Source: Candidatus Bathyarchaeota archaeon (GTDB taxonomy: Archaea > Thermoproteota > Bathyarchaeia > 40CM-2-53-6). From it: 64,000 nucleotides of DNA. The notes beneath the pieces are model-generated. The model saw only the letters and a list, made by a program, of their open reading frames with translations, searched no databases and was not told the origin of the DNA. The translations under genes and the position numbers were made by a program. Below are positions 19,145 to 28,213 of this stretch, piece by piece. Position 1 is the stretch's first letter; the number at the start of each line of letters is the position of its first letter. The stretch lies in contig CAVSBL010000002.1 in assembly GCA_963726255.1 (NCBI GenBank), positions 1,440,001-1,504,000 of the forward strand. Reading direction: 5' to 3'.

Positions 19145-19292
19145 TGGCGGGCCCGCGGGGATTTGAACCCCGGACTTCTGCACTGGCCTTCCAGTTCTAC
19201 AGCTTTTTCCGGGTGTTCCTTAGGGGGTTCGGCAACAATCTCCGCCTCTTTAAGCGGAGCCTGCCGCTCTATCCAACCTGAGCTACGGGCCC
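19145..19292 (-). tRNA. tRNA-Arg(CCU) with three introns (30/31, 37/38, 45/46); C at position 33
   Basis: Removing 19260-19228 (33 nt), 19220-19205 (16 nt) and 19196-19176 (21 nt) gives a 78-nt tRNA with A20 and anticodon arm GCAGC-CCCCTAA-GCTGT. Confidence 0.85.
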
Positions 19293-19382
19293 AGAGCTGG
19301 AACGGGGCGGCTAAAGTAAAAGGATTAAGGCGGGATGATTCGAAGAAGCTTAAAGAATCAACGGGTTTTCCTTTGGGGTTGA

Positions 19383-19546
19383 GCGGGGATACCCGAGCCA
19401 GGTCAAAGGGGCAGGACCACCAGCCCGCTGGTGGGGCCATACTTAAGATCAGAACTTGCCTTGGGCAAAGAGAAGGCATCCTGTGGCGTAGAGCCCACGT
19501 ATGGACGCGAAAGCCTTCAGGGGTTCGAATCCCCTTCCCCGCACCA
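19383..19546 (+). tRNA. tRNA-Leu(UAA) with three introns (30/31, 37/38, variable arm)
   Basis: Removing 19416-19440, 19448-19477 and about 19-21 nt within 19486-19512 gives a class II tRNA of about 88 nt with CAGGA-CTTAAGA-TCCTG, A73 and CCA. Divergent from tRNA-Arg(CCU). Confidence 0.9.
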
Positions 19547-19831
19547 TTTTGAGCATCTTCTGTTATAACTGCGAAGATTGCTGAACATGCGTAGTGGATG
19601 AAAACGTGAAGGTTATTGAGAATCAACGATAAGCGCTTCGGTGAAAGCGCTGGTGCAAACTCTGCGCAGCTAGCACCGATCAAGACATAGTGTCTAATCG
19701 CATGCTTGGAACTCCTCCGCCTACTGTGCCCTTAACCTACCTGCACGAGAAAAGAAACCAAACACAGCATTATTTACGCGTATGTACGAAGATGACTAGC
19801 CATTATTATTCTGGTAAGAGGAGATGCAATT

Positions 19832-21036
19832 ATGGCTCGTTATACCGTTGTGACGATGCCAGGAGACGGGATCGGCAATCAGGTTATGCCGGAGGCACTA
19901 CGTGTCCTAAGGGCAGTTGGTTTCGATGCAGATTATATCCATGCCGACATAGGCTGGGAGTTTTGGCGGAGCGAGGGAAACGCGCTGCCCAGTCGCACGA
20001 TTGACCTGCTGGCTAAGCACAAGCTGGGACTGTTTGGCGCCATCACATCCAAACCAAAGAAAGAGGCTGAAGCCGAGCTGGACCCTAAGCTACGCGATAA
20101 AGGACATGTCTACTACAGCCCCATCGTGACTATGCGTCAACGCTTCAACCTGGATATCTGCGTGCGGCCCTGCGTAGGCTTTCCCGGCAATCCGCTGAAC
20201 TATATCCGCAAAAGACCTGATGGTGGCTTCGAAGAGCCGCAGATCAACGCTACCGTCTTCCGCCAGAACACAGAGGGCCTGTATTGTGGCATCGAGTGGA
20301 CGAACCCGCCGGATATTGTCCGTGCTGCGCTGGACTCGCATCCCAAATTCAAGGCCTTCGCCGACGTTCCCGGGCAGGACCTCGCCGTAAGCGTGCGGAT
20401 CGTTACTCGGCCGGCGGCGCAGCGGATCATCACCGCAGCGTTTGAGTTCGCCAAAAAGAAGGGTTTCAAGGGAGTGACCATTTGCGAGAAGCCAAACGTG
20501 GTGCGCGAAACCTCTGGCATGATGGAGGAAGTTGCGAAGGAAATTCAAAAGACAAAGTTCCCTGACATCCAACTCTGGCGCAACAACATCGATGCGCAGT
20601 TAATGTGGTTGAACAAGAACCCGGAAAGCTTCAACGTAATCGTCGCTTCAAATCTCTTTGGCGACATCCTCTCCGATGCCATAGCCGGGTTGGTTGGTGG
20701 GCTGGGCTTCGCCGCTTCCGGGAATATTGGGAAGGAAGTTGCGGTCTTTGAACCGACACACGGGTCTGCCCCTAAGTACCGGAATTGAATCCGCCAATCG
20801 TGAATCCGATCGCCACCATCCTGGCGGGAGCGATGCTACTGGAACACGTCGGCGAAACTGCCAAAGCGAAAAAGATCTGGGATGCAGTTGGCGCCGTCGT
20901 GAGGGAGGGAAAGGTTCGCACTTACGACATGATGCGCCTCACCGGCGGGCCGAAAGTACTCCAACAAGGGGCAGCCTCAACACCTCAAATGACGGATGCA
21001 ATACTAGCCAAACTGGATAGGGAGAAGGAGGCTTAG
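19832..21036 (+). CDS. Isocitrate/isopropylmalate dehydrogenase family protein, apparent -1 frameshift near 20780
   Basis: PGDGIG, RQNTEGLY, NLFGDILSD and FEPTHGSAPKY motifs, then NPIATILAGAMLL in the next frame. Confidence 0.9.
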
Positions 21037-21041
21037 GCGAA

Positions 21042-22304
21042 ATGACAGGAAAAACATTAGCGGAGAAGTTGATTGGATCACACACCGCTAAGGGATCTGT
21101 TTCGGTTGGAGAGATCGTAATAGTCAAAGTGGATTACACCTTTAGTCACGACGCAGCCGGACCACTTCTAATTCAGCAACTAAGCAAATTGAAAAACGAC
21201 CTCTCTAGCTCCGACAAGAATCGGACGATCTTCTTCATCGATCATGCAGTTCCAAGCCCCACAAAAGAACTATCAAACGATCAGGCAACCGTCAGGAATT
21301 ACGCCTCAATCAACGGACTGATCTTATCTGATGCAGGTAACGGCATTTGTCACCAAATAATCGCGGAAGACTACGCGGCTCCGGGAGACCTACTTGTTGG
21401 AACAGACTCACACAGCTGCACGGCTGGTGGTCTGTGTGCATTCGGAACTGGCATGGGCGCGACAGATGTTGCAATCGCGATGAAACTAAGGAAAACATGG
21501 CTGCGTGTCCCAGAATCAATACGGATGAATATTGAGGGTCGCCTTCCGAGAGGCGTATTCGCCAAGGACTTGATTCTGAAGACCCTATCCATACTCGGAA
21601 CAGACGGAGCAACCTACAAGTCACTAGAATTCGATGGACCAGCAATCGATGAACTAGAAGTTTACGGCAGATTGACCTTGACTAACATGACTGTTGAAGC
21701 TGGCGCCAAGACAGGCCTCGTCAAGTCGGACGCACGCACAAAACAGTATCTCACGGAGTTTGGTCGGGAGCACCAATGGAAGGAAATCCATGCGGATGAT
21801 AATGCTTCCTACGAATCGGAAATCACAATCAACGCTTCGGAACTGCAACCTCAAATTGCTTTCCCCGGTTCGCCCTCCAACGTCAAACCGGTCTCCGAAG
21901 CTAAAGATGTGAAGGTTAACGAGGTCTTCATCGGAAGTTGCACAAACACCCGAATCGAAGATATGCGGATCGTGGCACAAATCTTCAGGAAGAAACAAAA
22001 AGCGAAGAATCTCAAGTTGATAGTAACCCCCTCATCTAGGAACCTGTACCTGAAATTGATGGAAGAAGGAATTCTGGAAACCTTACTACAAGCAGGAGCA
22101 GTAATCACCCCCCCTGGATGTGGAGTATGCTACGGAGCAGTTGGCGGAATCCCCGCCGACAACGAAGTGATCTTCTCCACTTCGAACAGAAACTTTCCAG
22201 GCCGAACAGGAAACCCGAAAGCCCAGACATACCTGGGATCACCAGCAACAGCAGCGGCAACCGCAATCACTGGTATCATTACGGATCCAAGAGAGTTTGT
22301 CTGA
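21042..22304 (+). CDS. leuC: 3-isopropylmalate dehydratase/homoaconitase-type large subunit
   Basis: DSHSCT, GSCTN, CGVC and STSNRNFPGR motifs. Substrate not established. Confidence 0.88.
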   Translation: MTGKTLAEKLIGSHTAKGSVSVGEIVIVKVDYTFSHDAAGPLLIQQLSKLKNDLSSSDKNRTIFFIDHAVPSPTKELSNDQATVRNYASINGLILSDAGNGICHQIIAEDYAAPGDLLVGTDSHSCTAGGLCAFGTGMGATDVAIAMKLRKTWLRVPESIRMNIEGRLPRGVFAKDLILKTLSILGTDGATYKSLEFDGPAIDELEVYGRLTLTNMTVEAGAKTGLVKSDARTKQYLTEFGREHQWKEIHADDNASYESEITINASELQPQIAFPGSPSNVKPVSEAKDVKVNEVFIGSCTNTRIEDMRIVAQIFRKKQKAKNLKLIVTPSSRNLYLKLMEEGILETLLQAGAVITPPGCGVCYGAVGGIPADNEVIFSTSNRNFPGRTGNPKAQTYLGSPATAAATAITGIITDPREFV

Positions 22305-22320
22305 GGAGAAGGTGTAAAGA

Positions 22321-22815
22321 ATGGCTGGACGAGCGTGGAAATTTGGGGACAACATCAGCACGGACGAAATAACTCCGGGACGGTACATGGGTCTTCGGTC
22401 GAACCTGCCCGAACTGGCGAAACACACCCTCGAGGATGCTAGAAAGGAGTTCCCCGGTAGCGTAAAGCCAGGAGACTTCGTTGTGGCTGGAAAGAATTTT
22501 GGGATGGGTTCAAGTCGAGAGCATGCGCCAATTGTCATTAAGACGTGCGGTGTCGCCGCAGTCCTTGCTCAGTCGTTTGCAAGAATATTCTATCGCAACG
22601 CAATCAACATAGGATTGCCAGCGATTGTTTGTGACACAACAATAATCGATGAAAGCGACCAACTCGAATTGCATCTCACGGACGGTGTCGTAGAGAACCT
22701 GACAAGAAAAACCAAGATCCAGTTCCCAGCAATGTCAAAGACCATGGAGACAATCCTTAGCGAAGGCGGACTTATCGCATACGTGGAAAAACATGGAGAT
22801 CTGGTTTTCTCGTGA
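22321..22815 (+). CDS. leuD: 3-isopropylmalate dehydratase/homoaconitase-type small subunit
   Basis: DNISTDEI, NFGMGSSREHA and SFARIFYRNAINIG motifs. Confidence 0.88.
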   Translation: MAGRAWKFGDNISTDEITPGRYMGLRSNLPELAKHTLEDARKEFPGSVKPGDFVVAGKNFGMGSSREHAPIVIKTCGVAAVLAQSFARIFYRNAINIGLPAIVCDTTIIDESDQLELHLTDGVVENLTRKTKIQFPAMSKTMETILSEGGLIAYVEKHGDLVFS

Positions 22816-23338
22816 GAAGAAAACATGACCAATTCAAGAGAATCTTTCCAGAAGTAAGTCAAATCCATAATCCAAAGCTGATCGAGGCCGTCCTGAGGAC
22901 TTGGCAGCTCGCTCAAGAGCGCGGTTGCTGGAAAGTGGACGATTTAGAACATATTCCATTCACCCTACTTGTTCAGACAAAAACGTCCTTGCTTGAACAC
23001 ACGAGACGTGTAACAAGGATGGCGATGGCTGTGGCTCGAGAGAGGGGTGACCTGAATATGGACTATGTTATTGCAGGCGGGCTTCTTCATGATGTGGGTA
23101 AGCTTCTAGAGTACGAAAGTGCGGGCGGCACGTTGTAAAATCGAGACCGGGCGAACTTGTTAGACATCCCGTCTCCGGATATGGCCTCACGCGTGAAACT
23201 GACTTACCCCTAGAGGTAAGTCACATAGTCATGTCTCATTCAGAGGAAGGAGAGAAAGTCAAGAGGACACCTGAAGCGATTCTAATTCACCATTGCGACT
23301 TTATCGACTTTGAGATAGCCAAGAGAAAGGCAAAATGA
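22812..23338 (+). CDS. HD-domain phosphohydrolase, apparent -1 frameshift near 23131
   Basis: EHT...LLHDVGK, then VRHPVSG...SHS...HHCDFID in the shifted frame. ATGA overlap with the next gene. Confidence 0.85.
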
Positions 23339-24624
23339 GACTATACGAAAACGAAGCAAAACAACTCTTCCGGGACAAGGGCATTCCTGTACCTGGGCAA
23401 TATGGAATAATCCACTCGCCCTTGGAACTGGAAGGACTCAACGCACATTACCCATTGATCCTGAAGGCACTCGTTCTGGTCGGAGGACGAGGAAAAGCGG
23501 GAGGAATCAAGAAAGCCAAGAATCAGAATGAAGCCAAGGCCAAGGCTGAGGAGATCTTCAAGCAGGGAGTAAAAGACTACCCTGTCAAGTCCTTACTAGT
23601 CGAGGAAGCTGTAGACGAACTCGCGGCCTGCTACATAGGGACGACGATGGATCCCGCAACCTTCAACAACGTTGTCATAGCAAGCGCCACCGGCGGTGTA
23701 GATGTGGAGACGGTGGCTAGAGACACTCCAGAAGCAATCCACAGAATCGAGGTCTCAGGAAACGAGAGCAAGCTTGCCCCGAGTCTAGCAAACGAGTTAG
23801 CCAGGCAACTTATCGACGAGCTGCCTGCAAGTGCACGCGCCATCGCCAGCACAGAAAACCTAGCAGAGATTACTTCCAAGGTCTACAGCCTCTATCAAGA
23901 AGCTGACACCAAGATCTGTGAGATCAACCCACTGATAATCACGACTAAAGGACTTGTGGCCGCTGATGCTAAGATCGTGCTCGACGATAACGCGTTGTAT
24001 CGTCAGAAAAAGCTACTTGATTCCCTTGGAATCACTGACAAGCGGCATGATGCAGCCGAGACGACCGCGAACGAACGAAAGGCTCAGGCAAACGGTTTCA
24101 AATATGTAGATCTTCTTCCCGAAGACGCCTCAAAGGATCTGAAGAAAATCTACGTAGGGCTTGTCCCTGGTGGGGCTGGCTATGGAATTTTCTCAATTGA
24201 CGAGGTCGCGAATATTGGGAATCGATTCTTTCAAGGTAGAGTCATACCCGTCGATTTCATGGACTCAGGAGGGGGGCCTTCCCAGCGTCAGGTAGCCCAA
24301 ATGTTTCATTTGCTGATGGACTATGACAAAGTCGACCTAATCATAACCTCACGATTCGGGGGCATCTCAAGTTGCGACGTCTTCATCCGTGGACTCGTTG
24401 AAGCCCTCAGGGAAAGACATGCCCAGGGCAAGAAAATCATTCCTGTCTACGGTCGGATGGTCGGAACAGATCTTCCTAGTGCCCGAGAATACTTGGAGAA
24501 GGCCAAGGCCGAGACACCGGAAGCGCTCAAAGAGATGACAATCATCGTGGGAAACCAGCGTATCATGGCTGATGTGATCAAAGACGCCATCAACTGGCTC
24601 TTCACCGCCAAGAGGGAGAAATAA
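23335..24624 (+). CDS. ATP-grasp subunit, succinyl-CoA synthetase beta / ATP-citrate lyase beta-like
   Basis: LYENEAK, GGRGKAGG, GGVDVE, EINPL and ADAKIVLDDNA motifs. Also GGAG and DSGGGP, which are ACL-like. Confidence 0.85.
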   Translation: MRLYENEAKQLFRDKGIPVPGQYGIIHSPLELEGLNAHYPLILKALVLVGGRGKAGGIKKAKNQNEAKAKAEEIFKQGVKDYPVKSLLVEEAVDELAACYIGTTMDPATFNNVVIASATGGVDVETVARDTPEAIHRIEVSGNESKLAPSLANELARQLIDELPASARAIASTENLAEITSKVYSLYQEADTKICEINPLIITTKGLVAADAKIVLDDNALYRQKKLLDSLGITDKRHDAAETTANERKAQANGFKYVDLLPEDASKDLKKIYVGLVPGGAGYGIFSIDEVANIGNRFFQGRVIPVDFMDSGGGPSQRQVAQMFHLLMDYDKVDLIITSRFGGISSCDVFIRGLVEALRERHAQGKKIIPVYGRMVGTDLPSAREYLEKAKAETPEALKEMTIIVGNQRIMADVIKDAINWLFTAKREK

Positions 24625-26759
24625 TGGAGAAAATACGTGCCGACCAAGGATTGCTCTACCATCTCATCATGCAAGTCCGACCGGAACTCGCGAGGCACAT
24701 CAAAGAGACAGGAGAGATTGACACAATTGTTGTGGGCCTGGGAGGCGAGGGCACGCGTCACGCGGGACTAATGCGCGACTTCGGGACTAGAATTGTTGCT
24801 GGAATTGCGCCGGGCCGTGGGGGCACTCGTATCCACGAGACAATTCCAGTATATGACACGGTTGCAGAGTGTCTCAAGGATCACCCATATGTCGCTGCGG
24901 CGAGCATTTGGCGGCAATTTTCCACGGCGAAGGAGGCGGTAATCGAGGTCATTGAAGCAGGTATTCCGCTTGTTGTCGTAATCACTGAAGGAATCCCTCT
25001 GCGCGATGTCCGCGAGATGCTCGTAGCTGCGAGAAGGAACAGAACAGTCCTGATTGGGGGAAACTCGCCTGGCATCATCTTTCCCCCTGAGCAGGTAAAG
25101 ATAGGGATGCTTCCCGACGTCTTCTACCCTGAAGAGATTGCCCCTGGGAAGGTCGGACCAAATGGGGTTACGATAATCTCTCGTAGTGGTGCAATTCTGT
25201 ACCATATGTCCGATGCTCTAGCAAGTGCAGGTATCGCTCAGAACGCGGTCATCGGTATCGGCGGCGATGCAGCGATTGGTTCCACTTTTGTGGATCTGAT
25301 CCCTCTTGTGATGAAGTATCCACACACCGAACTCGTGGTGATTGCAGGAGAGATAGGCGGTATCCAAGAAGAGCGACTGGCCGAGGATATTCTTGCCCAT
25401 CCCGGACGATACTCAAAACCCTTGGTAGCCCTCGTCTCAGGAGCACACGCCCCGGAAGGGAAGACAATGGGACACGCCGGAGCAATCGTCGCTCCAGGAC
25501 AAGCCTACGGCACCTTCAAGTCAAAAAAGGAAGCACTGGAGCGTGCAGGAGTAACCGTTGTCAACTCCCAGTACGACCTCATCGAGGCTGCAAAGACAAA
25601 ACTGAAGAAAACCTACTTCGACCCAGAACGATACTATCAGAAAATGCGACACACCTGGGACGCGAAAGCCACAACCCCGGGGTGGGGGACTGTAATTACC
25701 GAAGTAAAACCGAACAACATCATCATCTCGGGCTACTCACTGCAACAAATCGTTGGCCACAAAGGGCTCTTGGACGTGGTCAATCTCTTATTCGAAGGAG
25801 AGTTCGCCGCTCCAGAATTGATGAAAGAGTTGCGAACCACCGCCATGAAAGGAGCTCTCAAGCCAGGGCCCCCGATCGTAAGGTATGGAGATGAAGATAT
25901 CTCTCAGACCCTTGCTAGGGCTCTCATCTATGACGAAATTCTAGCGACGTTTCCGCAGAAGGGAAGATCAGCACCTAGACTCAAGACTGCCTTCGCTATG
26001 GGAAGAGTCGGAAGGTATCTTGCAGCAATCTTGCGAACTACATCCGCGCTCGACGACCTCTCGGAAGAATCGAGCTTCACTGAACTAATCTACCGAGCTA
26101 TAACTGGCAACACGGCCTTTGATCGTGAAAAAGGAAACCTCCTTGAAGCGATGGCTGTAGCATGTGTGGACCACGGTGTTACTCCTCCCTCAGCTCAGGT
26201 CGCTATCATCTCGGCAACAACAAGACCCGACTACTCGGTGTCGGTTGCAAGCGGAATTGGTGCGATAACGGACATCCACGGAGGAGCAGGAGCGAAGGCT
26301 GCGCATTTCTTCTCCGAATGTGTTTCTCGTTCCAAGAAAAATAAAGTCGATTTGGAGGAAGCCACTAGAATAGTAGTTACTGAGTATGTCAGAGCCGGGC
26401 GGAGGATTGAAGGTCTCGGCCATAGAATCCACACCCAGGACCCTAGGCGAGATGTTCTCTGGAAACTAAGTGAGGTTGCAGGGATAGCCGCAGAGAATGT
26501 AGCCGTTTCCAAGATCGTTTCTAAAGTGTTCAAGCAAGTGCGAGGGATGGACCTCCCAATCAACGTGGATGGAGTCATCGGGGCTATAGTCGCCGACATG
26601 GGACTGAATCCCATAGTCGCAAAAGTCCTCTTCATTTGGGGGCGCGTTGCGGGCCTCTCGGCACATTATTTCGAAGAGATTCTTTCTCAACCCGAGATGC
26701 GATCCATCAACTTCGCCCAAGCCGTCTACAAGGGAAAACTTCACCGGGAGCTACTATAG
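24624..26759 (+). CDS. SucD-like CoA-binding/phospho-His domain fused to citrate synthase/citryl-CoA lyase domain (ATP-citrate lyase alpha-like)
   Basis: ITEGIP, SRSG, GEIGG and MGHAGA motifs, followed by DHG, HGGA, GLGHR and NVDG. Confidence 0.88.
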   Translation: MEKIRADQGLLYHLIMQVRPELARHIKETGEIDTIVVGLGGEGTRHAGLMRDFGTRIVAGIAPGRGGTRIHETIPVYDTVAECLKDHPYVAAASIWRQFSTAKEAVIEVIEAGIPLVVVITEGIPLRDVREMLVAARRNRTVLIGGNSPGIIFPPEQVKIGMLPDVFYPEEIAPGKVGPNGVTIISRSGAILYHMSDALASAGIAQNAVIGIGGDAAIGSTFVDLIPLVMKYPHTELVVIAGEIGGIQEERLAEDILAHPGRYSKPLVALVSGAHAPEGKTMGHAGAIVAPGQAYGTFKSKKEALERAGVTVVNSQYDLIEAAKTKLKKTYFDPERYYQKMRHTWDAKATTPGWGTVITEVKPNNIIISGYSLQQIVGHKGLLDVVNLLFEGEFAAPELMKELRTTAMKGALKPGPPIVRYGDEDISQTLARALIYDEILATFPQKGRSAPRLKTAFAMGRVGRYLAAILRTTSALDDLSEESSFTELIYRAITGNTAFDREKGNLLEAMAVACVDHGVTPPSAQVAIISATTRPDYSVSVASGIGAITDIHGGAGAKAAHFFSECVSRSKKNKVDLEEATRIVVTEYVRAGRRIEGLGHRIHTQDPRRDVLWKLSEVAGIAAENVAVSKIVSKVFKQVRGMDLPINVDGVIGAIVADMGLNPIVAKVLFIWGRVAGLSAHYFEEILSQPEMRSINFAQAVYKGKLHRELL

Positions 26760-28169
26760 GTGGATTCGATCAGTCGCAGAATGGCACAATTTGCTCTGTC
26801 TTTGCGTTATGAGGCGATCCCTGAACCTGTTTTGCGAATGGCGAAGCGGTTGCTTCTGGACAGCATAGGCTGCGCTCTTGCCGCCGTTAAACTGAAGGAC
26901 ATTCAGGCAGCGTACAACTATGTTCAGCAGCTTGGAGGGAAGAAACAGGCAAGCATCATCTGGTACGGCGATAAAACAAACATGCCCAACGCAGCACTTA
27001 TGAACTCCCTTCTAATCCGTGCCATGGATTACAACGATATCTACTGGAAACAGGATCCCTGTCATCCGTCAGACATAATCCCTGCGGCACTAGCCCCAGG
27101 GGAGTATCGTGGCGTAAGTGGAAAGGAGTTAGTTACAGCGATCGTGATCGCCTATGAGCTTGAGATGAGACTGTGCCTTGCCGCTGATCCCGGGATTCGT
27201 GAAGTGGGTTGGCATCACGCAAGCCTTACGCAATTTGTAAGTCCTTTGGTCGCTGGACGAATGCTCGGCTTAAGCGAAGATCAAATGGTGTCAGCCGTCG
27301 GAATCGCCGGCTCAAGTCACTTCACTTTCGGCGGGGTGGTTGCAGGCCATCTGACGAACATGAAGAATGCAGCCGACCCCATGGCAACTGAAGCTGGAGT
27401 TCGCGGAGCGATGCTAGCAGCAACAGGCTATTCCGGTCCGGTGGAGATTTTTGAGGGGAAAGAGAGCCTATTTGAAGTACTATCGAAAGTGAGATGGAAT
27501 AGAAATGCGTTGATCGATCATCTAGGTGAAGGGTTCCTCATCACACAGTGTAGCTTCAAGGCGTTTCCAACGGAAGCACTGACGCATCAGCCGATCACGG
27601 CGACTTTGGAAATAATGCGAGAGAACAAAATCGATTCCCGTGAAGTCAGAGAAGTTCTTGTCGAGACAACGAATCGCGGAGCTGATATTCTATCTGACAA
27701 AAGCAAATACCATCCCACAACGAAGGAAACAGCTGATCATTCTCTTCCTTATTGCATAGCAGTGGCGATTGCCAAAGGAAATGTTCTACCATCTGACTTT
27801 GAAGAAAAAGCTCTCCAAGATCAATCTGTTCTGCAACTTCTTCCTAAGATCAAGGTTATTGCCAACCCTGAGATCGATGCCATTTTTCCAAATGTGAAAC
27901 GAACGATCGTCACCATCACGACAAGAGATGAGCGAACGTTCAAGAAGCAAGAGGACTTCGCTAGGGGAGAACCGGAACGGCCACTTTCCGAGCAAGAACT
28001 GATTGCCAAGTTCCATGCCAACGCGCAAGTCGCTTTGAGCAAGAGACAGCGGGAAGAACTGATTCAAGCTACTCTTGCCATTGACCAGTACAATGATGTC
28101 CGCAAATATGTGTCCCTTCTAGTTCGTGCTGCAACTCCTCGTTTCGACCGGATGCAAGTCCGGCGGTGA
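26760..28169 (+). CDS. prpD: MmgE/PrpD family protein (2-methylcitrate dehydratase-like)
   Basis: DYND...HPSD, GWHH and KETADHSLPY motifs. Confidence 0.88.
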   Translation: MDSISRRMAQFALSLRYEAIPEPVLRMAKRLLLDSIGCALAAVKLKDIQAAYNYVQQLGGKKQASIIWYGDKTNMPNAALMNSLLIRAMDYNDIYWKQDPCHPSDIIPAALAPGEYRGVSGKELVTAIVIAYELEMRLCLAADPGIREVGWHHASLTQFVSPLVAGRMLGLSEDQMVSAVGIAGSSHFTFGGVVAGHLTNMKNAADPMATEAGVRGAMLAATGYSGPVEIFEGKESLFEVLSKVRWNRNALIDHLGEGFLITQCSFKAFPTEALTHQPITATLEIMRENKIDSREVREVLVETTNRGADILSDKSKYHPTTKETADHSLPYCIAVAIAKGNVLPSDFEEKALQDQSVLQLLPKIKVIANPEIDAIFPNVKRTIVTITTRDERTFKKQEDFARGEPERPLSEQELIAKFHANAQVALSKRQREELIQATLAIDQYNDVRKYVSLLVRAATPRFDRMQVRR

Positions 28170-28213
28170 GAGTCGCCCTCCAAATCGAAATGGTATATGT
28201 TTTTTTGTGCGTG

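Noticed and set aside
515-19546. Similar tRNA ends (tggcgggcccg...gaaccc at 515, 6795, 19145) as att-site duplications, or the genes as split/permuted tRNAs
   Set aside because: Each belongs to a complete, collinear tRNA of a different identity, and there is no integrase or orphan tRNA half.
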